NCBI GenBank assembly: GCA_965279035.1
Contig: OZ257142.1
Location: 1,984,001 to 2,048,000, forward strand
Direction of reading: 5' to 3'
Source: Bacteroidia bacterium
GTDB lineage: Bacteria; Bacteroidota; Bacteroidia; M30B66
DNA length: 64,000 nucleotides
The notes below the pieces were generated by a model that had not been told where the DNA came from, made no database searches, and saw only the letters and a list, made by a program, of their open reading frames with translations. Of this stretch, positions 1 to 9,814 are shown in pieces. The translations under genes and the position numbers were made by a program. Position 1 is the first letter of the stretch. Each line of letters starts with the position of its first letter.

Positions 1-531
1 AAATCCACCTTTTAATCTTCCGTTAAATTGATTAGTTAGTAAGCGAAAAGCATTTGAATTCCCCTCAAAATTTATAAGATCAGCCCATTCTACATCACTG
101 AATTGATTTCGAAATGAATGATCATTTTCTTTATCAATAAAATATTTCGAAATGGCTTCTTCACCGGAATGTCCAAATGCAGGATTTCCCAAATCATGAG
201 CTAAGCAAGCACATGCAATTACATTCTTGAGGTGATAACGATAAAATTCAACAGAATTCTCATTGGTTTTTACTTCATGAATTTCACTGATAAAACGTCC
301 AATGACTTCACCTAAAGAGCGACCAACACTAGCTACTTCAAGTGAATGTGTTAAGCGATTATGAACGAATACTTCATCCGGTAAAGGAAAAACTTGTGTT
401 TTATTTTGCAATCTTCTAAAAGCACTGGAAAAGATTATACGATCCCAATCACGTTCAAATTCAGTACGTTCATTTAGCGAAGCAGAATTTATTCCGAATC
501 GTTCACCTGAAAAACAATTATTCCAGTTCAT
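1..531 (-). CDS. dgt: dGTP triphosphohydrolase (HD domain), 5' part; runs off the window start
   Basis: Manual translation: MNWNNCFSGERFG...RTEFERDWDRIIFSSAFRRLQNKTQVFPLP...HNRLTHSLEVASVGRSLG...CLAHDLGNPAFGHSGE...FEGNSNAFR, the dGTPase signatures. Alternative ATG at 537. Not in the ORF track. Confidence 0.93.
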   Translation of the reverse strand, partial: MNWNNCFSGERFGINSASLNERTEFERDWDRIIFSSAFRRLQNKTQVFPLPDEVFVHNRLTHSLEVASVGRSLGEVIGRFISEIHEVKTNENSVEFYRYHLKNVIACACLAHDLGNPAFGHSGEEAISKYFIDKENDHSFRNQFSDVEWADLINFEGNSNAFRLLTNQFNGRLKGGF

Positions 532-630
532 AAGCATGTATAAGCAATGGGCGAATATACATCAATGTTGTAGCTTGTTTATTGATTCTTTCTTGAATAT
601 CTAATTGTCCATTGAAATTATTAATTGTTT

Positions 631-1020
631 TTATCGTAGTGTACTGTTTTTCTTCTTTGTAAAATAGCTAAGAATAAACAAACTACCTGATAAAATAAAT
701 GGACCATTTATCACCAAAATAATCGATAAACTAATTCCAATTGAATGATTCATTGCATAGTTATGCTGAAATATAAATGGAATAAATCCTAATCCTAGAG
801 TAGCCAATACAATGCCTCCCCATAATTCTTTTTTCCAAGCTAATAAAAGTATTCCCAGTAAAATAAAACAAGGAATCAAGTGAGTGAAGAAATGGTTTAA
901 TTGAACTGCAAGTGATTCATTTGAATTAAATGCATCTGTTGCAAACATTCCTATAAAACAAATAGCCAAGATTGTTATGATTCTAGGTAACCAGTGAATT
1001 AATTTAATTGAAGAGTTCAT
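631..1020 (-). CDS. Small integral membrane protein (about 4 TM), unknown function
   Basis: 129-aa ORF with four hydrophobic stretches and a basic C-terminus. Confidence 0.75.
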   Translation of the reverse strand: MNSSIKLIHWLPRIITILAICFIGMFATDAFNSNESLAVQLNHFFTHLIPCFILLGILLLAWKKELWGGIVLATLGLGFIPFIFQHNYAMNHSIGISLSIILVINGPFILSGSLFILSYFTKKKNSTLR

Positions 1021-1124
1021 GGCTTAGTGGTTTAAAACAAAAGTATTATTTACTAAATAATTGACAACACAAGCTAAAGATATTATGTTAAAATTGTATT
1101 GCCTATTTTCAATCTCTTCTATAA

Positions 1125-2975
1125 ATGAAACAGCTTTCTTTATTACTTCTTTGTTTGTTTACTCTTTCATTGCATAGTCAAACAATTACAAGGAAACTAC
1201 TATTTATTGGAATTGATGGTTGTCGTGCCGATGTATTAATGAGTTCCAATACTCCCAATATTCATAGCTTGCTCGATCACGCTGTTTATAGTACCGAAGG
1301 TTTGTGTGCCTATAAAACATGGAGTGGAAATGGCTGGAGTAGCATGTTGACGGGCGTTTGGCATACAAAGCATGGAGTTACTGATAATACGTTTTCGGGA
1401 TCTAACTATGGAAATTATCCTGATTTTATTCATCGTATGGAGGCATTTGATTCAACATTGAAAACTATTTCAACTGTACATTGGGGACCAATTAATTCAA
1501 CAATTATTCAAAATGCAGATGTTGAAAATATCGTTTCCACTGATTTAGAAGTGAAAAACAGTGCTATTGCTAGTTTAACCATTGATGATCCTGATGTTTT
1601 GTTTTTAGATTTTGATGATGTGGATCATGCAGGACATGGATTTGGATTTTCAGCACTATTTTCCGAATATGTTTCAGCCATTGAAACAACTGACGGATAT
1701 ATAGGAGAGATTTTAACTGCATTATATAATCGTCCGCAATATGCTAATGAAGATTGGTTGGTGGTTCTTACAACTGATCATGGTGGTAATGAAAATGGTC
1801 ATGGACGCGGTAGTATTGATGAACGAAGCATTTTTACAATTTATAATAATCCCGCATTCGTTGCCGAACAGTTGAATCGTGATAGTATTTCAACGACAAA
1901 CACAGCCGATGAACTTCAGTTAGATGCTGGAACTTATGCTCGTCCTATCGATCAAGCAGCTTTTGCTTTTGGTGCATCACAGGATTTTACTATTGAATTT
2001 TGGGTAAAACCTACTGATTATACGGGCGATCCTGCATTCATTAGCAATAAGAATTGGAACAGTGGTCTTAATACTGGTTTTGTTATTTCTGCTCAAGATG
2101 GAGAATTTTGGAAAGTGAATATTGGAGATGGTTCTAATCGTGCTGATATTGAAGGAGGTTATTTGCAACCAGGGCAATGGCATCATTTAGCTGTGAGTTT
2201 TGATCGTGATGGATTAATGACAGCATATGAAGATGGTGCCTTTGTTGGGTTTGAACACTTGAGCTCGATCGGAAATATTGATTCCGGATTGCCATTCACT
2301 ATAAATCAAGATGGAACGGGTAATTATGGTTTTGACTTCAATGGAACTTATCGCGATATTCGGGTGTGGAATGCAGTTATACCGAATGATTTATTAGTGA
2401 ATTGGGCTAATATTCCTGTTAATGCAACTCATCCTTTTTACACTCAACTTTTAGCCAATTGGAAATGCGACTCTTCTACTGAAACTCAGTTCACAGATGC
2501 TAGCCCGGCAGGACATCATTGTCCAATAACAGGGAATTTTTCATGGGTAAATAATCAAACGAACACGTTCACTGTATTTGATTATTCTGGCACATCTCGA
2601 GAACCCGATAATGCTGTAACAGCTCTCACTTGGATGTGTATTCCAATTGATACTGCTTGGAATTTAGATGGACATTCATGGGTGAATGAATGCGAGGAAA
2701 ATCCATTGATAGCAGCTAATTCAACAGAGCTGGATTTTTCAATTTATCCCAATCCGAGTAATGGACAATTTACAATTCAACGTAATTTTACAGGAAAATC
2801 GCAGCCTCAATTACGCATATTTAATTCCTTGGGAGAAATAGTCATCCAACAACAAATAAGCGCATCAACAACTCAAATTCACGATATTTCATACTTAAGC
2901 AAAGGCGTTTATTTGGTTCAGTTAGTAGACGAATTAACAGGAATTAAATCAACAAGAAAATTGATTTTGGAATAA
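1125..2975 (+). CDS. Secreted alkaline-phosphatase-superfamily (NPP-like) enzyme with LamG domain and T9SS CTD
   Basis: Signal peptide ending SLHS-Q; IGIDG, TWSGNGWSS, DDVDHAGH and TDHGG metal motifs; LamG-like FTIEFWVK...WHHLAVSFDR; C-terminal IYPNPS...GVYLVQL. Confidence 0.85.
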   Translation: MKQLSLLLLCLFTLSLHSQTITRKLLFIGIDGCRADVLMSSNTPNIHSLLDHAVYSTEGLCAYKTWSGNGWSSMLTGVWHTKHGVTDNTFSGSNYGNYPDFIHRMEAFDSTLKTISTVHWGPINSTIIQNADVENIVSTDLEVKNSAIASLTIDDPDVLFLDFDDVDHAGHGFGFSALFSEYVSAIETTDGYIGEILTALYNRPQYANEDWLVVLTTDHGGNENGHGRGSIDERSIFTIYNNPAFVAEQLNRDSISTTNTADELQLDAGTYARPIDQAAFAFGASQDFTIEFWVKPTDYTGDPAFISNKNWNSGLNTGFVISAQDGEFWKVNIGDGSNRADIEGGYLQPGQWHHLAVSFDRDGLMTAYEDGAFVGFEHLSSIGNIDSGLPFTINQDGTGNYGFDFNGTYRDIRVWNAVIPNDLLVNWANIPVNATHPFYTQLLANWKCDSSTETQFTDASPAGHHCPITGNFSWVNNQTNTFTVFDYSGTSREPDNAVTALTWMCIPIDTAWNLDGHSWVNECEENPLIAANSTELDFSIYPNPSNGQFTIQRNFTGKSQPQLRIFNSLGEIVIQQQISASTTQIHDISYLSKGVYLVQLVDELTGIKSTRKLILE

Positions 2976-2994
2976 TCATGTCGAATTATTTTTT

Positions 2995-4449
2995 TTATTT
3001 CCAAAACTCAGACATTTTCATTTTTTCTTTCGACAAACGTGTCACAAAAAAGAACTGATACAATTCCCAGAACCACACTCTGCGGCCAATACGCGTATAC
3101 CATCGCATAGCACTTCGCAATCGTGCTTCTTTGTGAAAGAATAAACGATAAACAGCTTTGGGTCGAGTTTGCATTATGATTTCAATGAGCTTTACATACA
3201 TTATTACTAACCAGGGTGGTAAATAACGGGTAGAAATTACTTGGTGTTTATAATCCCATTTTCGTTGATCAGTCAGAATGATTTCTTTGTCTTTAACATC
3301 CTCAAAATAAGGTGTCCATTTGTGTGGAGTAACATATAAAAGTTGCACCTGATCGGGATCGTAGGAAAGTAATTGTTTTAAGCTATTGTAAAAATCGCGA
3401 GTTTTTTCTTCACCAAATCCAACTACATACGTTGCCATTGATAAAATCCCATGTTTACGTAATAATTGAATAGCTTCTTTGTCTTTTGAAATTGTTCCGG
3501 CTTTTTTGATTTTTTCAAGGACTACTTCATCGTAATTCTCAATACCCAATAGAAAGCGCTCAAATCCTGCTTGCTTGGATAAATGAAGGAAATCTGCATC
3601 GCGTACAATATTATCAGCACGAATAGATCCAACCAAAATCAATTTTAGATTCTTCGCAATAACTGCTTCTAAAAAGGAACGCCATGCTTTTGGATTGGAA
3701 GATGGATTTTCATCTGCAAAATTGATAACCTCAATGCCATATTCATGATGAAGCATTTCAATTTCATCGGCTAATTTCTGTGGATCACGGTGACGCCATT
3801 TCTTCCAGAAAAGACTTTGTCCACAATAGGTACAAGGGTAGGGGCAACCACGCGAAAATTGAATTACTACTGCCTTTCGTTTTCCCCAATACGTGTAATT
3901 GTAGTCCTTCATTAATTCCCAAGCAATGCGGTAATCATCGAGGCAAGCAATGTTATCGGCTGCTGTGGTTTTAATTGCGACTTTATTGTTTCGGAATGCA
4001 ATTCCTTTGATAGATTCTAATGAAGATTGATCTTCTAAAGCCTTTATTAATTCAAGACAAATAGCTTCTCCTTCACCACAAACAATGAAATCTATTTGAG
4101 GCTGTGATTCTAGTATTTCTTTCCAATGGTATGTGGGAAAAACTCCACCAATAATGCATCGAATTTCAATAGATATTTTTCTAATTTCTGCTGTAATTTT
4201 ATTGATAATTGGCTGAGCTGAAGTGGAACCGGAATGTCCAAGAAGAATTGCATCTGGATTGCGTTTTAAAATTTCAGCAACGATAAATTCAATGGAATAA
4301 TTGTAATAATCGGCATCCAATAATTCAACCTGATGTCCCGCATCAATTAAAGGACCTGCTATAGATAACAATCCTAATGGCGGTAAATGTTCATGTGCTA
4401 AACGACTTCCAATTGATAAATGAGGTGGATTAATGATGAGTAAATACAT
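2995..4449 (-). CDS. Cobalamin-binding radical SAM enzyme, BchE-like
   Basis: N-terminal B12-binding domain (PPLGLLSIAG...GGVFPT...GEGE) and radical SAM motif SRGCPYPCTYC. Confidence 0.85.
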   Translation of the reverse strand: MYLLIINPPHLSIGSRLAHEHLPPLGLLSIAGPLIDAGHQVELLDADYYNYSIEFIVAEILKRNPDAILLGHSGSTSAQPIINKITAEIRKISIEIRCIIGGVFPTYHWKEILESQPQIDFIVCGEGEAICLELIKALEDQSSLESIKGIAFRNNKVAIKTTAADNIACLDDYRIAWELMKDYNYTYWGKRKAVVIQFSRGCPYPCTYCGQSLFWKKWRHRDPQKLADEIEMLHHEYGIEVINFADENPSSNPKAWRSFLEAVIAKNLKLILVGSIRADNIVRDADFLHLSKQAGFERFLLGIENYDEVVLEKIKKAGTISKDKEAIQLLRKHGILSMATYVVGFGEEKTRDFYNSLKQLLSYDPDQVQLLYVTPHKWTPYFEDVKDKEIILTDQRKWDYKHQVISTRYLPPWLVIMYVKLIEIIMQTRPKAVYRLFFHKEARLRSAMRWYTRIGRRVWFWELYQFFFVTRLSKEKMKMSEFWK

Positions 4450-4556
4450 TTTTTAATGAGAGTGTTTCTTTAGCCGCTGAGAAACGAGTAGGATATATAC
4501 TTATTGCTGGATTATTAAAGATTTGGGAATATTTAAGAAATCCTATTTATCAAAAA

Positions 4557-5324
4557 TTATTTTCCTTTTTTCAAAATCACTAAATGCTGGCGTTGTGGAG
4601 TATAATCGTTGATGTACTGCTTTCTTTTTTGCCATTTATTTTCGGATAGATGCAATTCACTTCCTATGGCTTCCGGATGATTCATAAATAATGTCAAGCC
4701 TTCAAACAGAAATTCCATACCATTTTGATTTGCAACAATTGTTGGAAAGAAATTCTTTTCTACTTCTTCTTGATTGTTCATTGCTTCATTTCTAACTTCT
4801 TTTGAAACAGCATATTTACTCGCTTCTATGCGCTGAATGTCTTCTATAAAGAAATAACGTTGATATACGAACATATCTCCAAATACTAAGAATTTAGGGA
4901 ATTCTGCACAGTATTGAACTGTTACGAAATCGATTTCTTCACCGTTAATAGTGTTTATTTTGCAAGGTAAAATAGCATCATCGCCCCATTTGCTAAAACC
5001 AATTCTTTCAAATTCAGCTTCAATTTCTTTAGGTATTTGTGATGATGTATGTTCCCATCTTTTCAACACTTCTTTTTGAGCTTCACTTACTTTGGTCCAG
5101 TAGGCTCCAATTGCATTGAATGAAGTATGGCATTTACTACAGGAATAAATCACAATCCAATTGATGTAAAGACTTACTTTAATGAGTGTGTTTTTTTTGT
5201 TTTTAAGAATATGACTCGGTAAAGGAAAAGTTCTTCGCTCTTCTTCAGTTAGATGAATTTCGATTGCATCTTTTTGCAAGCAAAATGGGCAGCCGATTTT
5301 TTTGCGTTGGAAGATAGAAAACAT
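4557..5324 (-). CDS. Hypothetical protein with N-terminal CxxC...CxxC (possible zinc ribbon)
   Basis: ORF 4557..5336; ATG at 5324 (MFSIF) preferred; CPFC and CSKC motifs. Confidence 0.65.
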   Translation of the reverse strand: MFSIFQRKKIGCPFCLQKDAIEIHLTEEERRTFPLPSHILKNKKNTLIKVSLYINWIVIYSCSKCHTSFNAIGAYWTKVSEAQKEVLKRWEHTSSQIPKEIEAEFERIGFSKWGDDAILPCKINTINGEEIDFVTVQYCAEFPKFLVFGDMFVYQRYFFIEDIQRIEASKYAVSKEVRNEAMNNQEEVEKNFFPTIVANQNGMEFLFEGLTLFMNHPEAIGSELHLSENKWQKRKQYINDYTPQRQHLVILKKGK

Positions 5325-5391
5325 GGATATAATCAAAAATTATAGCTACTTTCAAAATCAATTTAGGAAACTATCAAATGTACTATACTCT

Positions 5392-6507
5392 TTATATTCT
5401 ATAAAACGATGTTCCATTGAATTTCATTACTCCACCACCTTCTGATCCAAACCAGAGTTCACCTTTTTTATCCTTGAAGATTAAGGTGATTACTTGTGTT
5501 GTTAGACCATCTTTTCGAGTGTAATTAATCCATGTTTTTCCATTATATCGCCATATTCCAGCATCTATAGTAGCAACCCAAATATCGCCCAAGTTATCCT
5601 CGTTTATGCTCCATACACGAGCCATTGTTCCTGGATTATCATTCAAATTTTGGCCATTGGAGAATCCTGGATTACTTAAACCATTTTGATCTGTTATATT
5701 GGATAAATTTTTCCCATCATACATAAACAATCCACCACCATTATTTCCAAACCACATATTTCCTTTGCTATCTTCAAAAATAGCTCGTACAGCAGGTCCA
5801 GCTAATTGTTTATCACTCAACCAGAAAAAGGAACTCCCTGTATAGCAACATACTCCTAGTGTTTGAGTTCCGAACCAAACATATCCTTTACTGTCTTTGT
5901 AAATATAATACACGCCATAGGGACTAACTATATTGGTTTTGTCGGAATCAAATCCACCATCTATATTGTTTTTTGGTAATAGAAGAAGGTTTAAAGAAAT
6001 GCCATTAAATCGATATACACCGTCTCGTTTGTCGGATGCTTCAAACCATATATCACCCGGTTTTGATGCCCATTGAGGATTTATAGTGCTTTTAAAACCC
6101 AAATCTGTTTCGTCGGTAATTCGGGAGAATTTTTTACCATCGAAACGACTCACGCCCATGCCGGTTCCGACCCAAATATTTCCTTTCTGATCTTCGTCTA
6201 TCGATCTTATTTGATTATCACCTAGACCATTTTCATAGGTGAAATTAATATATCCTTTTCCATCATATCTATACACGCCATCACCATCAGAGCCAAACCA
6301 ATAAAACCCTTTGCTATCATGAAGCATGCTTCTGATTTTGCTGCTTAGTTCATTCGTTTTTGATCCCGCAATTTCCTCATCAGGAATTAATTCTAGATTC
6401 GTATTTGTAGCTATAGCATTGGATTTTTTCTCTTTGCATGCATAGCTTGTACTTATAAAAAATAGTGTTATAAGAAGAAATAAGGTTTTACCGAGGATTT
6501 TATTCAT
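5392..6507 (-). CDS. Lipoprotein with two-component-regulator-type beta-propeller repeats (Reg_prop)
   Basis: Lipobox-like SYAC; repeated DSKG.(I/L)WFG...GV.RYDG blades; no kinase domain. Confidence 0.85.
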   Translation of the reverse strand: MNKILGKTLFLLITLFFISTSYACKEKKSNAIATNTNLELIPDEEIAGSKTNELSSKIRSMLHDSKGFYWFGSDGDGVYRYDGKGYINFTYENGLGDNQIRSIDEDQKGNIWVGTGMGVSRFDGKKFSRITDETDLGFKSTINPQWASKPGDIWFEASDKRDGVYRFNGISLNLLLLPKNNIDGGFDSDKTNIVSPYGVYYIYKDSKGYVWFGTQTLGVCCYTGSSFFWLSDKQLAGPAVRAIFEDSKGNMWFGNNGGGLFMYDGKNLSNITDQNGLSNPGFSNGQNLNDNPGTMARVWSINEDNLGDIWVATIDAGIWRYNGKTWINYTRKDGLTTQVITLIFKDKKGELWFGSEGGGVMKFNGTSFYRI

Positions 6508-6624
6508 TACGAAAAAAAGAATTAGATAAAATGGTTTTTCAGTTTAATCGGAATTTTGGAATTCTTAGTTAACCATTTTGGTTTATTAATAACCCAACAA
6601 GCGTAAATAGTACAATCGGAGAAT

Positions 6625-7197
6625 TTACTCAATTATTATATCATATTTAGCTAATAATCCCAAGGCACCATTCATTGAAAATTTAGCTTTTTTTATTCGA
6701 TTTTGATCTGGATCTATTTGAAAATTATAAACTTTTCTGAAATCTGATTTTTCAAGATTAGACTTATCAAACGTGGCACGTTGCAAATCACATGAATCAA
6801 AAATGGAATTGCTAATATCGCTTTGACTGAAATCAACTTCCAGTAATTGACAATTTTCAAAATGTGTTTTTTTAATGTTGCATTTATAAAAGGAAGAATG
6901 ATTGAGTTGACAATTTTCAAATCGAAACGACAATCCTAATCCAGAACAATGGTCAAAACGCAATCCCAGCATTTTACAATTTCTAAATATACAATCTTGA
7001 AAGGCTGTTTTATTTAAGAGAATCATACTCAAATTGCAATTGATAAATACACAATTGATAAAACGAAATCCCGAAAAATCGTGTTCAGGAAAATTGCCAT
7101 TATCAAATGTACATTGTTCGTATTCTCCTTTCTGTAAAGGACTTGAACTAAGAATTGTTCTGGTGAAATTTTGTCCGTGAATTAGAGGAAACGACAT
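6625..7197 (-). CDS. Pentapeptide repeat protein (Qnr/MfpA-like fold)
   Basis: Five-residue periodicity (F.NC.L, F..S.L) along most of the 190 aa. Confidence 0.9.
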   Translation of the reverse strand: MSFPLIHGQNFTRTILSSSPLQKGEYEQCTFDNGNFPEHDFSGFRFINCVFINCNLSMILLNKTAFQDCIFRNCKMLGLRFDHCSGLGLSFRFENCQLNHSSFYKCNIKKTHFENCQLLEVDFSQSDISNSIFDSCDLQRATFDKSNLEKSDFRKVYNFQIDPDQNRIKKAKFSMNGALGLLAKYDIIIE

Positions 7198-7357
7198 GAT
7201 TTAATTTTAATAATCAGCAAATTAGATTAATTACTTTTGATATATCAAATTAAGAAGATTCTTTTTAAATTATGGTTCAAAATATAAATGTACGGTACAG
7301 TCTAATCTATTTAAATTAATGCTTTTATTTTCGCAATCTTAAACCGATATCCAACCC

Positions 7358-8959
7358 ATGAATAAAAAACTACTCTCAGCATTTCTTTTTGTCGGAATGT
7401 TGATTAATGCTTCTGCTCAATCGCCTTGGTTACTTGATCCTTCTTGGAGTTCCGATGGAAAAACAATGATCGATTATGGCTTTCAAGATAATCTAACTTG
7501 CATAACAGTAGATCCCAATAATTTAACTGTTCTCACTGGCGGAACGGCTATCAGCTCAACTACTTTTGGAGGAAATTTGCTTATCAGTCGATATTTATCG
7601 GATGGTTCACTCGATCCTACATTTGATGGTGATGGGAATATCATCTTGACCAATTTCACGGAATCATACGCATATGATATTGAATTATTAAGCAACGGAA
7701 AAATACTAGTAGCAGGAGCCTCAGCGAATCCACAGTATCAGTTTTCGATGTTACTTATGCGATTAAATGCTGATGGTACTTTCGATTCAAGTTTTGGAAC
7801 AGATGGAATTGTTCAAACGGATTTAGCACCTGCAGATGAATTTGCTAATTCAATGGCCATTCAATCGGATAACAAAATTGTACTTGCAGGATCGGCTGGT
7901 GATGTGAATTACAATAACATGCCTGCGCTTGTGCGATATAATGAAAATGGAACACTCGATTTATCATTTGGCAACAATGGAATTGTAGCACTTCCGGTTT
8001 CTCAAATCGATAATGAATTTTCAAAAGTGATGATTCAAACGGATGGGAAAATTGTAGCTGTAGGACATTGGGATCAAGGATTAACAAATGGTGGACAACA
8101 GAATTTCGATATTCTTTTAGCACGTTTCGAATCAACTGGTCAACCTGATATGAGTTTTGGAAATGCTGGTATTGTAATAACACCAGTTTCACCTGTCTAT
8201 TCAGAGGAAGCATACGGGTTACAGATTTTATCCACAGGAGAAATACTTGTTTCGGGCTTCACACTTGCTTTGGATCAAAGTCAGGATATTGTCCTTTTAA
8301 AGTATACTTCAACTGGAGATCCTCAATTAACATTTGGAGTAAATGGACAAGTCATTTTTAATCGAACAACTGGTGATGTAGCATATGATATGATGCTTCA
8401 GGGAGATCAGATTTTAATTTCAGGAGCAATTGGAAATACGATTGATGACTTAGATTTCCTTTTAGCACGCTTTAATTCGGATGGAGAACCCGATTCGAGT
8501 TTTGGTGCAAACAGTGTTATTCGTACAGATATTCAAGCTGGTTTTGACGAAGCGAATGCCATCACTTCAATGCCTGATGGGCGCATTTTTTTAGCTGGTA
8601 AAGGCAGTAATGGTGTGCAAAATGATGCCGTTACTGTTCGATATACACGTGATGGTTTGCCTATTGGAATGTTCGATTTAACCGGCAATGCATCCATTCA
8701 ATTGTATCCTAATCCTGTTCATTCAGGCAGTACCATCCAGTTAAATCTTTCCGGCAAAAAAACGGATTTGATCCAAGTGTCGATTTATACTGTTCAAGGG
8801 ACATGTGTATGGAAGCAGACTCTTCGATCAACTAACACAACTGAAGCAAACAAAATACAAATAGAACTACCTACAAGTTTATCATCAGGCATGTATTTAC
8901 TTCAGGTAGATGAAGATAACACGCACCCACAATCAATCCGGTTAGGAGTATTTAACTAA
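7358..8959 (+). CDS. Secreted delta-60-repeat beta-propeller protein with T9SS CTD
   Basis: Signal peptide ASA-Q; repeated DGKIV.AG...RYN.DGTLD.SFG.NG units; C-terminal LYPNP...SGMYLLQV. Confidence 0.88.
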   Translation: MNKKLLSAFLFVGMLINASAQSPWLLDPSWSSDGKTMIDYGFQDNLTCITVDPNNLTVLTGGTAISSTTFGGNLLISRYLSDGSLDPTFDGDGNIILTNFTESYAYDIELLSNGKILVAGASANPQYQFSMLLMRLNADGTFDSSFGTDGIVQTDLAPADEFANSMAIQSDNKIVLAGSAGDVNYNNMPALVRYNENGTLDLSFGNNGIVALPVSQIDNEFSKVMIQTDGKIVAVGHWDQGLTNGGQQNFDILLARFESTGQPDMSFGNAGIVITPVSPVYSEEAYGLQILSTGEILVSGFTLALDQSQDIVLLKYTSTGDPQLTFGVNGQVIFNRTTGDVAYDMMLQGDQILISGAIGNTIDDLDFLLARFNSDGEPDSSFGANSVIRTDIQAGFDEANAITSMPDGRIFLAGKGSNGVQNDAVTVRYTRDGLPIGMFDLTGNASIQLYPNPVHSGSTIQLNLSGKKTDLIQVSIYTVQGTCVWKQTLRSTNTTEANKIQIELPTSLSSGMYLLQVDEDNTHPQSIRLGVFN

Positions 8960-8982
8960 AAAAACGAATTGGATTGAGAAAT

Positions 8983-9009
8983 AGCCTGGCCAAAAGCTGG
9001 GCTTTTTTT
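8983..9009 (+). terminator. Intrinsic terminator
   Basis: AGCCTGGC-CAAAA-GCTGGGCT hairpin followed by a T run, between convergent genes. Confidence 0.7.
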
Positions 9010-9021
9010 ATGATTAATTGT

Positions 9022-9594
9022 TTAGGGCAAGTGCATAGAAAAATCAATTCCTTTTGCTTTTAAAATTGCTTGCAGAAATGTGTTGACTTCCTGTAAGAAA
9101 CTAATTGTCCAATTATAGTCATAATCAAGTGGTGGTAATCGTTGATAGAATAACTGTACTACAACATGAAGTATCTCATTGGCTAAATCGAGTTGATTGG
9201 ATAATTGAATCAACTCTGCCCAAATACCGAGAAAATTAGCTTGTAAAAGGCCATTTACTTGCTGAAAGCATTGAATATAAGCCTCTTTGTGTTTGTGTAT
9301 TAGTAGCTGACGATTGAAATATACAAGCTCTTTTTGCTCTATGATTAAGTTCATGAAATCAGGAACAATCGATTTACATGCTTGGACATGTGTAACTAAT
9401 CGCTGAGCATTTAACCAATGCCGATTTAATAATTCTTGCTCAAATACTTGCAAATCAGCAAAATGGTGGTAGAAGGAAGATTTGCTGATCTTGACAGCTT
9501 TTGCCAAAGGTTCAACCTTAAGTCCATCTGGCCCAGCTTGTCCAAAAAGCTGATAACCTTTTTCCAACCAAGGTGCTGTACTGATTGAATTCAT
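9022..9594 (-). CDS. TetR/AcrR family transcriptional regulator
   Basis: N-terminal HTH (GLKVEPLAKAVKISKSSFYHHF); ATG at 9594 preferred to the TTG/GTG-type start at 9615. Confidence 0.88.
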   Translation of the reverse strand: MNSISTAPWLEKGYQLFGQAGPDGLKVEPLAKAVKISKSSFYHHFADLQVFEQELLNRHWLNAQRLVTHVQACKSIVPDFMNLIIEQKELVYFNRQLLIHKHKEAYIQCFQQVNGLLQANFLGIWAELIQLSNQLDLANEILHVVVQLFYQRLPPLDYDYNWTISFLQEVNTFLQAILKAKGIDFSMHLP

Positions 9595-9814
9595 ATTCGT
9601 TAATAATAAAACCAATCAATTTTAAATTTCAATTGGAATTGAAAGCGAAAATAGGAAATTCATTTTTGAATTATTTGAATCAAGGAATCCGTTCATGCTA
9701 GACTTTTTATTTTCAATGGAAAGAGCATAATACTATCCCAACGAATTCTCGTCCATTTCCTGCACTTACTCAATCCACCTGATCTATATAAATAGTCAGA
9801 TGTAGTCTTGCTGC

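Noticed and set aside
1-531. dGTPase as an anti-phage defence gene
   Set aside because: It looks like the ordinary Bacteroidetes dgt, the gene is truncated by the window, and no defence neighbours are visible.
6625-7197. qnr quinolone-resistance call
   Set aside because: The pentapeptide fold alone does not establish Qnr function.
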